Assembly (NCBI GenBank): GCA_028534125.1
Contig: CM052816.1
Location: forward strand, 29,762,001 to 29,826,000
Reading direction: 5' to 3'
DNA from: Lama glama
Lineage: Eukaryota
Length of the DNA stretch: 64,000 nucleotides
Position 1 is the stretch's first letter. Every line of letters starts with the position of its first letter. The notes beneath the pieces were generated by a model. It was not told where the DNA came from. It ran no database searches and saw nothing but the letters and a program-made list of their open reading frames with translations. A program made the position numbers and the translations under genes. Shown piece by piece: positions 36,676 to 47,720 of the stretch.

Positions 36676-37559
36676 CCCCTACTCCACTCCCAGCAGGAGG
36701 ATTCTAAAGCCTGGATTTTATTTCTTCCCTGAGAAACACAAACCAGGTCTTCTTCTGTTTCTAGGGACTGGGGTCTATCCATCTATAAAGACAAGCCATC
36801 AGACACCCCTGAGAGATAGGAAATAGGTGTGAGTAACTTTTTTTTTTTCCAGTTTATTTGAGAGATGGGAAGGGAAAGGACTCAAGAGACAAATGAAAGA
36901 AATTCTGGGATATTGAGGACTGGAAAAGACATTGGGATTTATAGCTTTCAGTTAGACTTGAAGATCTGATCTCACTGAAAAGCAATGGCTTTGTGGATGC
37001 AAGAATCTTATATGGAGATGGCCATGTGAGTGTTCATGAAGACTGGACATAGATGCTATAGTTTTAAAAATGTTTTAAACTTTTCACCTTCTTTTCATAT
37101 AAGTCCCTATATAGTTCTGAGAGCTTCAGTGAGGGTCCCCATGGCTGAGCTTTGGACGTAGGGACGACAATGGATGAAGTCATTTCCTTTGCCATAGATT
37201 GAGAGCATCAGTGACCAAAACAGAATAGCAGTCCCTGTCCCATTTTCTGGACTTCATGGCTCTAGATTTCTTGTTTGAAAGAATGGAAGGAAAGGTAATC
37301 CAAGAAGATGACTCTTGTTGGATTTCTAAAAAAAATTTATTCTGTGGGGATATTGAGTCTGATTTGATTCATTATGGAACACAAAAATGTTTCTTACCCC
37401 TCTTGGAGTAATTCTTACCATTAGTATAGGATGGAATGTTCATGGTTTCCTTTCAGTTTTCACTCAAAGCCCATAAGGTATTTCTCCATTCAAAATATGT
37501 GTCTTGTTTCAACGTGCCAAGCGCCAAAGAATTTAGGTTAAACTTTTATAGCAGGAGAT

Positions 37560-37750
37560 TAATTCACTTAATAAGTTCTACAAATAAATTGAACTGATAC
37601 TTTGTGTCAGGCACTGTTACAGGCCATTGAGAATAATCAAAGAGCAAAATCAAATCCCTACCCTCCCTGGAGCTTACTTTCTAGCTGGTGGGCAGACAAT
37701 AAACACAATACATTACTAAACGGAATAGGCTAGAGAGTGATTTAGTAGGA
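37560..37750 (-). mobile_element. L2 3' end fragment
   Basis: ACAAATAAATTGAACTGATACTTTGTGTCAGGCACTGTT...CCCTACCCTCCCTGGAGCTTACTTTCTAG. Confidence 0.7.
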
Positions 37751-39051
37751 GTCTCAGAGTAAAGAGACACAACACACTTTTATTTCCTGGCTGCATTAAA
37801 CCTAGAGAGAGGCAAATCTATCTGTGTTAGTGAAAATATACCAAATGAGAGAGTGCAGTCCAGTGCATTTTAAGAGAATGCCCATTTGTAAGCTTACACA
37901 GAGAATTCCTAAAATTGTCCAAAATAATTCTCTTAGGTATCACTGAGAGCCCTGCCAAAAGTAGCAGATTTGAGAAGCAGACATTTGATCCCAAACATTT
38001 TGCAGCTTATAAACAGAGCAGTGCATTGACAAGAGGTAAAGACATTAAAAATACAACAGAAGAATGAATTTCTTGCTTTCCTGAGGCTAAGGACTGCGGT
38101 GAACTTGGCGTGTTAGTGGCAGTCTCCAAGGAGAGAGACTCATTTCTGTTGGTCTTTGAAAAATTTTCCTGTTACAGCAAACTTCCTGAAATGTGTGCAG
38201 ATTGAGAACACTTTTGCCTGATAGGCTAAGACAGGCCAACTGTGTGTTGGCTTTAATGCAGGTCAATGTCTGTACAGGGTGAGGATGGCCTGACAGATTC
38301 TGCTGAGATGAGTCTGCTGAATTTGGAGTGTTGGTTTTAGCAGGTGGCTGTGAGGAGTAGACAATCGAGGTGTTATAAGAAAAGATAGAATTATTAAAAA
38401 GTATGAGGATGTAAGGCAAGGTTTAAGGGTCCCTGACCATTTTGGAAAAGGAAGGATAGAATAGAGGGGCTGGGGGAAGGACAGGCTGGGGAGCCATTAT
38501 TTAATATGTCCAGAGCTGAGCTGGCCGGGCCAGGGAGTCTTCAAGGGAGTTGTGGGGCAAGGAAGGCTGGAGAAGATGAGGACCTTCTCCGCGGAGCTGA
38601 GGGAAGGAGTTTTGACGTGAAACTGAGAGCTGACTTTGAAGACTATCAAATAGTATTTAGGGGATTCTAAGGTTTCCAGGTTGACTCTGCACATTGCCGT
38701 AAAAGGGCGCTGTAATTCACGCCTGAAGGGTAAAAAAAATTAGCTGCTAATGCATATGCCATCTTTTGCTGTGGCACTGCTGTTCTAAAGGGAGATGTTG
38801 ACTTTACCCTGGGTGTGGGTATCTCAGGATATCAATGATCTGACTTAGGCTGACTGCACAGAGTAAATAGTTGAGATGTTTCTGGAATTTTGGATTCAAA
38901 GTAGCCAGTCAATGACAGCTGCAGTTCAATGGATCCCTCAGCTTTCAGTTATTTTGTCCTCCACTGAGAAGTCAGACCATGTTTTCTCTTGGCATAATAT
39001 ATGAAACGTTTAATCAGAAACCACAGATGTTGTTTTCTTGTCACTTGGATT

Positions 39052-39250
39052 ATGTGTGTGTGTGTAGTTATAGTTAATACATGGTATATAACTATATACT
39101 ATGAAGTATGTGAATATATAGTAATAGTTATATATAGTATATATAACTATATATAGCATACAGCTATACACATATAACACAAGGTGACAAGAAATATATA
39201 TAGTTACATATGTTATATGTATGTGTAACTATATGTAACTTTATATAAAC
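39052..39250. repeat. (TG)/(TA)-rich low-complexity tract with palindromic structure
   Basis: Directly visible; see findings. Confidence 0.85.
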
Positions 39251-40039
39251 ATGTAGTGTTTCATAACTTTAAAACATTTTATGTGCTTTTAAAAAAGATT
39301 CATTTTAATCTTTAAAAAAGCTAAACTTACCATTTGGAAATGCCATGACTAAGCGGTAGATGCCTTGAGTTTGAGCCACAGGATTTAAACTTTTCCCAAT
39401 TCAAGTGAGGTTCTCTGTCCAAGCTCCAGCAGTAATTTTGCTTCTCTCTCTCTCAATTAGAAATACATATATATGTAAATACTCATATATAAACACATAG
39501 AAGCATATACACACTCTTACACACACACATATACATATTCACCTTAAAAAAGAGAAACAGTTGAACGTGAGCAGCTCTATGTTTAAATATGGTACTCCAG
39601 AGCAATTTTCTAATGAAATAATTTGACACATTTTTCACTAACCTTTCATCTGTCACCACTTTTTCTAATTTTAATATATTTCACATCCAGACATGAATGA
39701 CCAAATTTGATTTAAAGCTCACCCTATATCTCTTCCTGGGGTGATTTCATGACTCTGAGACCTCAAGCTCCTGGATCAAAGCTTTGCTACATCTCAGCAG
39801 CTGTCTTAGCTACTCTAGAGAGAGCAGTCTGAGTCCTTCCAAGCTCACCACAGAGAAGGTGTTAGTTTGCTTTTCTCACACCCCTGCTCTCGGAACATCT
39901 GCTTCCTGCCTCCCACGTGCAGATGCAGTAGGCTGATGGGAAGAAAATGCATAATGATTCTGTTGAGAGGATAAATGCCCTCCTGGGTCGTCTTCAGTTC
40001 CCAAAGGTCTTCTTGCTATTTTGCTCTTGATAAGGTTGA

Positions 40040-40210
40040 GAGCACTTGATTAATCATAGTGTACCAGAAAGGATGCTGGGCAAGGAGTCAGGCGGTCTTA
40101 ATGACTGTCCGACTCTGCATCACTTTGGATGAATCATGGGTTCTCTGATTCCCCATTACTTCATCTATAAAATGAAACAATGGGATATTATGACCTTAAA
40201 ATTCTTTTAA
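40040..40210 (+). mobile_element. MIR fragment
   Basis: AAGGAGTCAGG...CTTTGGATGAATCA...CTTCATCTATAAAATGAA. Confidence 0.55.
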
Positions 40211-40619
40211 ATGTCTATGATACTGAATCTATTCTTACATCCTTCTTATCATATTGATCTTATATAGATATATCTAGTGATTTTCTCCAACTCATAGCTG
40301 ACTTCAGTCTTAATCATTACATTCATTTATAGTCTTTTCTTTATGAAAATTGAAATGACATTGGATATAACCAAAACCCTTTGAATACATTTAAACAGAA
40401 GATTCATTCAAGTTTTATTTTTGCTCTAGATTCTTCTACTGAAGTGTCTTTGTAAGATGTGTGTTGAAGAGTTGTCATTACACATTAATGTATTGCTTTG
40501 CTGAGAGCTTTCTCATAGACATTCACTATAACGTTACAAACTACCCTTTGAAATGAAAAATGTAAAGCCATATGATTAATAACTGAGTGATTATTTTAAT
40601 AAATGCAAATATATTTTCC

Positions 40620-41860
40620 CAAAAAAAGCATGTTAGTTGGACAGAATAAAAAAGTCCCCAAGAGTGTCTAGCTGAAGTGGGGTTGAGAACATGGGAGTGT
40701 TGGTAAGGGCTCCTGGGGAGAGTGGGTAGAGGCCAACAGAAGAACTCCAGTGTCTTTAACATTTAAAGGATTGGCAGAGTGAGAGCAGCTCTCAAAGGAG
40801 ACTGAGAAGAAATGAGAGGTAGGAGACAAAGCAGAGGAGCCCCCAGTCAGAGAAGCAAGGAGGGAGAAGTGTTGAGAAAAGAGGAAGTGGTCAGTAGTGA
40901 AAAGTGTTAAAAGGAGGCAAAATAAAGTAGGGATCTAAAAGGATCTTTTGCTGGGAAGAAACTCATTCAAGCTACAGTACTTGGGATTTATTTTAAGAAT
41001 ACTTATGGGATTTCAGGTGGACCTAAGGACAGAAACCAAACACAACTGGACCACAAAAGGACCAGCCACTGGAATCTGGACAGCCAGCAGGAACCCAAGC
41101 CAATCCCTCCACCCCTTTCCCAGGGACCACCTCTGAGCAGCTGCTTTGTTATCTGTTCTCGGCCAAGACCTTTCTCTGTGGTTTCTTATTTCTGGCCACA
41201 GTGGCCTCCTAGATCCATTCCCTCTTCACCAATTGCCAAATTTCCTTTCATCTTAGTTCAAATTTAGGAGAGAGAGAACCTAGCCAAGCTTTTCTTTTTG
41301 AGCCTATGCACACAAATCACTATGTGCTGGCTTCCTTCAGACCAGATGTCTTCCCCTGGTTAATCATTTGTAGCTAAGCTGAGGAGTGAATCACGTGGTA
41401 ATCTCCTGGCGGAGAGAACAGCCAGGTCTACTGACAGAGCCTGTGCGCCAAGGCACAGCAGGTTCGTTCAGGAGGGGTGTGGACTGGCTACTCTAAGTCA
41501 GAAGGAGAAGTTTGTTTGGCAGGTAAATTGATCAGCATGTCTAGTGCAGGGTCCATTCCATTTAGCTACTGAATTGCCCATATAATTTTTGGAAAGAATG
41601 CTTTCTAGTATGGTGTAGGGTGGCCGTCATGTTGCAATGGAATGAGGAGTGAGTGGGAGGTGTACAAGTGAATGCAGTATGTATAGACTAGATATTTCAG
41701 GCAGGGCAGTGGGCCTTGGCACGGGAAGGAATGCGAGAAAGACACAAGTGAAAGGAAGCATGTGGACGTGATAAAGGACATTTTTAAAAGATTGAAAATA
41801 TAGGAGTAATTTTAGCAACTTATTTTCTGAATGGAATGAAGGAAAGGTTGAAGACAGAGA
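40620..41860 (-). mobile_element. Antisense L2 interrupted by an old MaLR-like LTR (about 40940-41550)
   Basis: Purine-rich L2 (ACTCCAGTGTCTTTAACATTTAAAGG, AAAGGAGACTGAGAAG, GAAGTGGTCA) on both sides of an MLT1-like block (AAACTCATTCAAGCTA, TTCAAATTTAGGAGAGAGAGAACC). Confidence 0.5.
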
Positions 41861-42061
41861 AAGAGAGGGAGAGGAGGATCAATGAAACAGGTTTGCTGAG
41901 AACAGAGAGCAAGTGGAAAGACCCACCAGAGATGACAGAGGATAGGAGAATGACTCTTGGAGAGCTAACGATGACTGCTACACACAGAGACCTCCCTTCT
42001 AGAAGAATGGCAAAACTCCATGCTCAGGATACAAAATTGTTATCATTGCTTATTCAGATTG

Positions 42062-42107
42062 TATAGATACAGATATAGATAGATAGATACATACATACAT
42101 ACATACA
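42062..42107. repeat. (GATA)n(CATA)n compound microsatellite
   Basis: Directly visible. Confidence 0.9.
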
Positions 42108-43032
42108 GACTGATTTAGCTAAGAAATTTTCACCAAGGGAAAGGCTTAGTAATATTGTGTAAAAATTTGAATTCATTTCTACAGAAAGTTGATTTGGCCC
42201 CCTAGTGTTCCTTAAGTAAAGCCTCCTGGTTGGAAGAACCTCTGCTGACCCATCTGCATGCATAGTTTTCCTCCTGTCAGGTTGCCCTCAGTTGAAATGG
42301 CTAGCAGAAGCCTAGTGCAAGTCTGTGTCATTATGGAACTAAAAACACCAGAATAGCCAATGTTCACTAGTTTAGATTATTCTTTCCAAAAACCTAATAT
42401 AAAAGCTTGTTGCCTTGCTTAATTTTTTCACAGAAATGCTATATGATATGAAGATATACTCCCTAAATTCAGGTCTTCTGTAAGGTATTGAATTGAAGCT
42501 CACTGTCCTGTCAGATATTGCTTTACAGTTCTGCAGTATACACTGACGGGCCTAGGAAGTTAGTTTGCTCTGGTTTAATTCTTTCCAGTTTGAACAGGAA
42601 CAGTACAGAATGTATCAATGTCGTTTCATTTGATAGGCATTTATTTTGCAGTTTCAACGTGGAATGCAGTTTGTAGGTGCTTCCTGGGATGTAAACATGA
42701 AAGATCCACAGTGCCTGATCTCAGGGAGTTCATACTGTTTGAGCGTATCTTCCCCACCACTTGAAACACTTACTTTAGTTGTTAAAGAACCAAAGTGCTC
42801 TTTGGATGTGCTACCGTATCTTTTTTCATACTTCTTCCTCAATGCTTGAATTTAGCTTTAACTTGTTGGTCCTTAAAAACTGATTTTTTTTTAAATCTAG
42901 AAACTTGTATCATCTCAATTACTGGTGAAATTATTTGTTTTTCCATGGTTTGTTCTCTCTTCATGAGTTACTGGTTGTGAAACTGAATATTAACTTAAAA
43001 AATCACACTCAATACCCTGAGTCTCCAAGTTG

Positions 43033-43387
43033 TTTTTTTTTTTTAATTGGAATGCAGTCGACATGCAATATCTCATTAGCTTCAGGTGTAAATTATAGAG
43101 ATTCAATATTCATATACATTTTGAAGTGATCACCATGCTAAATCTGGTTACCATCTGTCCCCATGCAAAAATTATTAAATATTATTGACCATATTCCCTA
43201 TGCAGGACGTTATTGCCCTATGAATTACCTATTTATAACTGGAAACTTGTATCCCAATCCCCTTTTCCTTTTCACCTGCCTCCCTTCCCCAAACCCCTCC
43301 CCTCTGGCAACCATCTGATTCCACTTGTATGCGGACAAATAAACAAGACAAAACAGAAAAAACTCATAGATACAGAACACAAACTGT
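43033..43387 (-). mobile_element. Short L1 3' insertion with a 5' inversion
   Basis: T-tail at 43033-43044, antisense L1 3'UTR to CCCTCTGGCAACCATC (43315), then a sense-oriented upstream piece TGATTCCACTTG...CTCATAGATACAGAACACAAACTG; AAGTTG lies on both flanks. Confidence 0.85.
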
Positions 43388-44135
43388 TAAGTTGCTACTT
43401 TAATGTCCCTGATCTTTAAGTCCATGGACCCTTAGTCTCCCAAGTCTGAGGAAAACACACAGCACTCTGGGTCTTCATCTCGATGCCTGTAGGGTATCTG
43501 CTTCTTGGGAAAGGCTTGAAATCCAAAGATCATGCTAAGAGTGCATTTTATGGACACTGGATTTAACTTTAAAAATAGGTGCTGTGTTTGAAAAAACAAA
43601 GTCTAGCTGGATATGTTTAGAACTTCCAAAAGGTACATGCATGGATATACTGTCTTCTTCTCGGCACCCCCGGCCCCAGGTCCATGGCTTTTTCACTGTG
43701 TTCTAGTTGCTCACTTTTATGTGTTCCTCAAAGACAGCAATTTCTTAGGAGCTGGTGCTATTTTCTTTGATTGTGAGCTGCACACATTAGCCTTCATGTC
43801 TATTGTGGTTTGTTCTGACAGCCACACGTGCCATGTTTTGATATTATGATTTGTTCACAATTAGCCTTGTGGTTGTGTACTAAAATTGTTGTAATGTGAA
43901 CTGTTGCCCCAGCTTATACTTTCTCCACCCCAAATTCTAAGCTAAGTCTACAGAGACATATTTCTTCTAATACAACTTCCTTGCCCCTGCCTGAATCTTT
44001 GATTCAGCTCTGGCTTTACTCATAGGCCAGATTTGCTGGTTACCTACCTGGCTCCGTTTGACAAACACTAATGAGGTTACTAGATTGTCCGCTGGATCAC
44101 TAGGGTCTATGGTTCCATCATTGGAGATGTACTCC

Positions 44136-44786
44136 TATCTTACTGTTGCTGAGTCCAAACTCGTTCTGCTCGCCACACGACAGGCCAATAAATTGCGAGA
44201 TGAGATACTGTGGCAAGGAATAGCGACTTTATTCAGAAAGCCCGCAGATCGAGAGGATGGCCGACTAATGTCTTGGAGAACCATCCTGCTCTAGTCAGAA
44301 TGCAGGCTCCTTTTATGCAAAAAATAAGGGAGGGGGAGGGAAAATAAGGGAGGGGGTGTGGTTGATTGTTGTAATCTTCTTGCTGCAGGCATTCTTTGTT
44401 CTTGCAGCCATCCCCGGGGACTAGGTCATGGTGTCCCTGTAAACCTCCAAAAAAACAAAGGTTATCCTCTACTACATTACTCTGTTTAAGCTGCTGTAAC
44501 AAACTACCATAGACTGGGCGGCTTATAAACAACAGAAATTTATTTTGCACAGTTCTGCAGGCTGGGGAGTGCAACACTGACGTGCTGACAGATTCTGTCT
44601 GGTGAAAACCCACTTCCTGTTTCACGGATGGCTGTCTTTTCGCTGAGTACTCAGAGCTCTGGTCTCTTCAGCTTCAGTCTCATGACCTAATCACCCCCAG
44701 GGCCCCACCTCTGAATACAATCACGCTGGTGATTGGACTTCAACCTAAGAATAGGGGAGAGGGAACAGAAACATTCAGTCCCTACA
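44136..44786 (-). mobile_element. MLT1A-like MaLR solo LTR, interrupted
   Basis: TATCTTAC|TCTGTTTAAGCTGCTGTAACAAACTACCATAGACTGGGCGGCTTATAAACAACAGAAATTTATTT...AAACATTCAGTCCCTACA, with a 5-bp TSD ACTCC at 44131-44135 and 44787-44791. Confidence 0.85.
44144..44476 (-). mobile_element. ERV1-class solo LTR
   Basis: TG...CA termini, 4-bp TSD TTAC (44140-44143 and 44477-44480), antisense AATAAA (GACTTTATTC) and TATA-like (CTTTTAT) motifs, and relatively well retained CpGs. Confidence 0.8.
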
Positions 44787-44977
44787 ACTCCACTAGCACC
44801 GCCTTCTATTGTTATGCGACATCCACGACCTCTGCGACCTCCTCAAGGGGTAACACATTTGCCTAGGACAAAGTATGTTGTTTTGTTGTGCCTGCTTCTG
44901 CTAGCTGTGGCGATCTACGTTCGCAAGCCACCACCGGCTCAGGTGGGCAAGAGTTGGGGGTTGTTGCTGTACTGGTC

Positions 44978-44994
44978 TGCTGCCCTCTGGCCGA
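44978..44994 (-). promoter_or_regulatory. Candidate CTCF site
   Basis: Minus strand TCGGCCAGAGGGCAGCA matches the CTCF core CCAGAGGGCAG, within a locally CpG-retaining segment. Motif evidence only. Confidence 0.35.
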
Positions 44995-46914
44995 TCTGCT
45001 GTGAGAGTCAGACCATAGACTGTCAACATAAACCTGAGTGGGCCAGGGAGGAAAGCTTTGCTCTTTACCAGCTATATGAAGCCCAGTGAGAGTCTTCAGG
45101 CCACCCTTTCCACCTGCCCCCCTCTTCTCGCCCTTGCCTCATGCCCCCCTCTCCACTCCTTCCCTTTTCCACCCTCCCTGCCATAAGTGTTTCTGTGACC
45201 CTTCCACCAAACTGCCCTCCAAAATCAACCATCCTTCTGAGAAAATGATGCCTCAGAATTTAGTACATTTCAATCTAAATGCTGTGGTTTGAAGGTAAAC
45301 ATATGTGAAAGTTTGCTTTATCTTATGTAACAGCTGTTTATGTGAAGAGTTATTTGTCAGTTGAGTTTTCGGAAATGTAAACATGTTTTAAATGCTCCAA
45401 GGGAAATTTTTATTTAAAGGAACTGAGCAATGAGACTTCTAGAAAGTCAAGACTTCTTTTTTGAGATGCAAGTAATACAAAGTGTTCTGTGAGTTTGGAG
45501 ATAAAAGAGAGTCTCTCTCACTTTATTCGTACAGGTGAGATTCTGTTGTATAGAAACTGGGATTGTGTTTTCATCACACTATTGGGGTTACTTTCAGATT
45601 ATGAGGCAATAGTTCACAGAATAAACCTGAATTAACTCTCAAGACTAACGAGTCAATCAAAACTTTAAGAGTCAAAACTCCGTGTTTGTCTCTCACAAAC
45701 ATACACACAAACACATTGTTACATAAATATACTTGTAAATTGCACTACAGTTGAAGTGCAGAAGGAAAGTGGGGACTGTTTAGTTAATTCTGAGTACTGA
45801 GGGAGATGGAGAAACCTGAGGAATTTTGAAGAGTCTCAGTTGTAATGGACAAAACGGTTTGCAGATCTTGATAGGATTTTTCTCTGGAGACTGTTTGTCT
45901 CTCAGTTATAGCTCATTTGAATTTTCTTTAATAAAATGTGAATTGCATTTTTAAACCATAGTAATTTAAGATTCTTTAGCACAGTTGGTACCATCACTTT
46001 GTGCTTGGAAACCTGTGTTTTATCTACCTAGGGAAATTTATTAGGGAGGCAAAGCCTATTTTTTCTAACAGGTCTTTCTGCCAGAGTCCAGTGATATTTC
46101 TTTTAGAAACAAAAAAAAAGTATATGGGCAAGCTCATTTAATCTCTAGTCTGAAGAGCCCTTTCCCCCTTGATATTCATTTTGTTGTCTTTAATAACAGA
46201 CTATTAAAGAAACGAGGCAGGGAGGATGGCTTTGTATTCCAGGTCCTTAGACATCCTGCTGCACTTTTCTGGTCCCAGACAGCCAAGGGTCTCAGTGGGA
46301 GGATCTTGACAGATGACTATTGTCTGAATCAAATTAACATCATGTTGTGGCTGGGCACAGCTTCCTTTGACTTAGAATTTCACTTGTCTCCTTTAAGTCC
46401 TACAGATACAGAGACACAGAACAGTGCAAATAAAATCTAAACAAAGGGTATCAGTTGTATGTCTCCTGCAAAGGACACAACTGCTGCAGAGTGAGAAGGA
46501 TTCTCTCTGAAGTTGCTTTACAACATCTTAGCCACCTGGTTTTGAGTTCTTTGTAGGGATATAAAACCCAGAAACTAACAATAGTGTTTAGATTTGTTGG
46601 TGTTCCATTTGTGGCAACCCAGAACTTCTGATAGGTCTGAGAAGGACTAAAACTTCTCATGGGAATACCATGCTTTATGCATTTTGCTAAGCATGGTGAG
46701 AAATAATATTACTTGTGCAATGGTGGTCACAGGGACAAGTCATAGACTCCCTGAAATTTTCATTGCTCTTAACCACAGAGAAAGGGGATTGTTTTATACC
46801 ATTCTTTAATAGGATATTAGTATGACCCCAGTAGAACTTAAGAAATGATAATGGAATATTATAAACCAGTGGGAAAGCAATATATTAGTGCACAAACAAT
46901 ATTGTGCAAATCAA

Positions 46915-47720
46915 AGTTACACCTCTTAGAACAGCTGTCATCAAGAATAGAAATAATAAGTGTTGGTGAGATGAGGGAACCCTAGTATACTGGTAGTGGG
47001 ATTGTAAATTGGTGCAGCCACTATAGAAGACAGTATGGAGGTTCCTCAAAAAACTAAAAATAGAACTACTGTGTGATCCAGCAATCCCGCTCCTGGGTAG
47101 TTATCTGAAGAAACAAAAACACTAGTTTGAAAATATACATGCACCCCAGTGTTCATAGCGGCACTATTTACAACAGCCAAGATATAGAAATAACTTAAGC
47201 GTCCAGTAGATAACGATGTGGTGTATATATATAAAATGGAACATTACTTAACCATAAAAAAGAATTAAACATTTCCATTTGTAACAATGGGAAATGGATG
47301 GACCTGGATGGTATTATGCTTAGTGAAATATGTCAGACAGAGAAAGACAAATGCTATATGATATCATTTAGAATCTAAAAAATAAAACAAACAAATGAAT
47401 GTAGAATCTAAAAAATAAAACAAACAAATGAATATAGCAAAACAGAAACAGACTCACAGATAATAGAGAACAAAATAGTGGTCATGGGAGGGGAGGGAGA
47501 GGGGCAAGACAGGGCCAGGGAATTTAGAGATCCAAACTACTATGTATAATATAAATAAGCTACAAGGATATATTGTATAGCATAGGGAATGTAGCCAATA
47601 TTTTCTAATAACTTTAAATGGAGTGTAAGGTATAAAAATTTTGAGTCGCTATGTTGTACACCTGAAACTAATATAACATAAATAAACTATACTTCTGTCA
47701 AAAGATAAATAAAAAGAAAA
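46915..47720 (+). mobile_element. L1 3' fragment (about 800 bp, end of ORF2 plus 3'UTR)
   Basis: GTAAATTGGTGCAGCCACTATAGAAGACAGTATGGAGGTTCCTCAAAAAACTAAAAATAGAACTAC...GTTGTACACCTGAAACTAATATAA followed by an A-rich tail. Confidence 0.9.
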
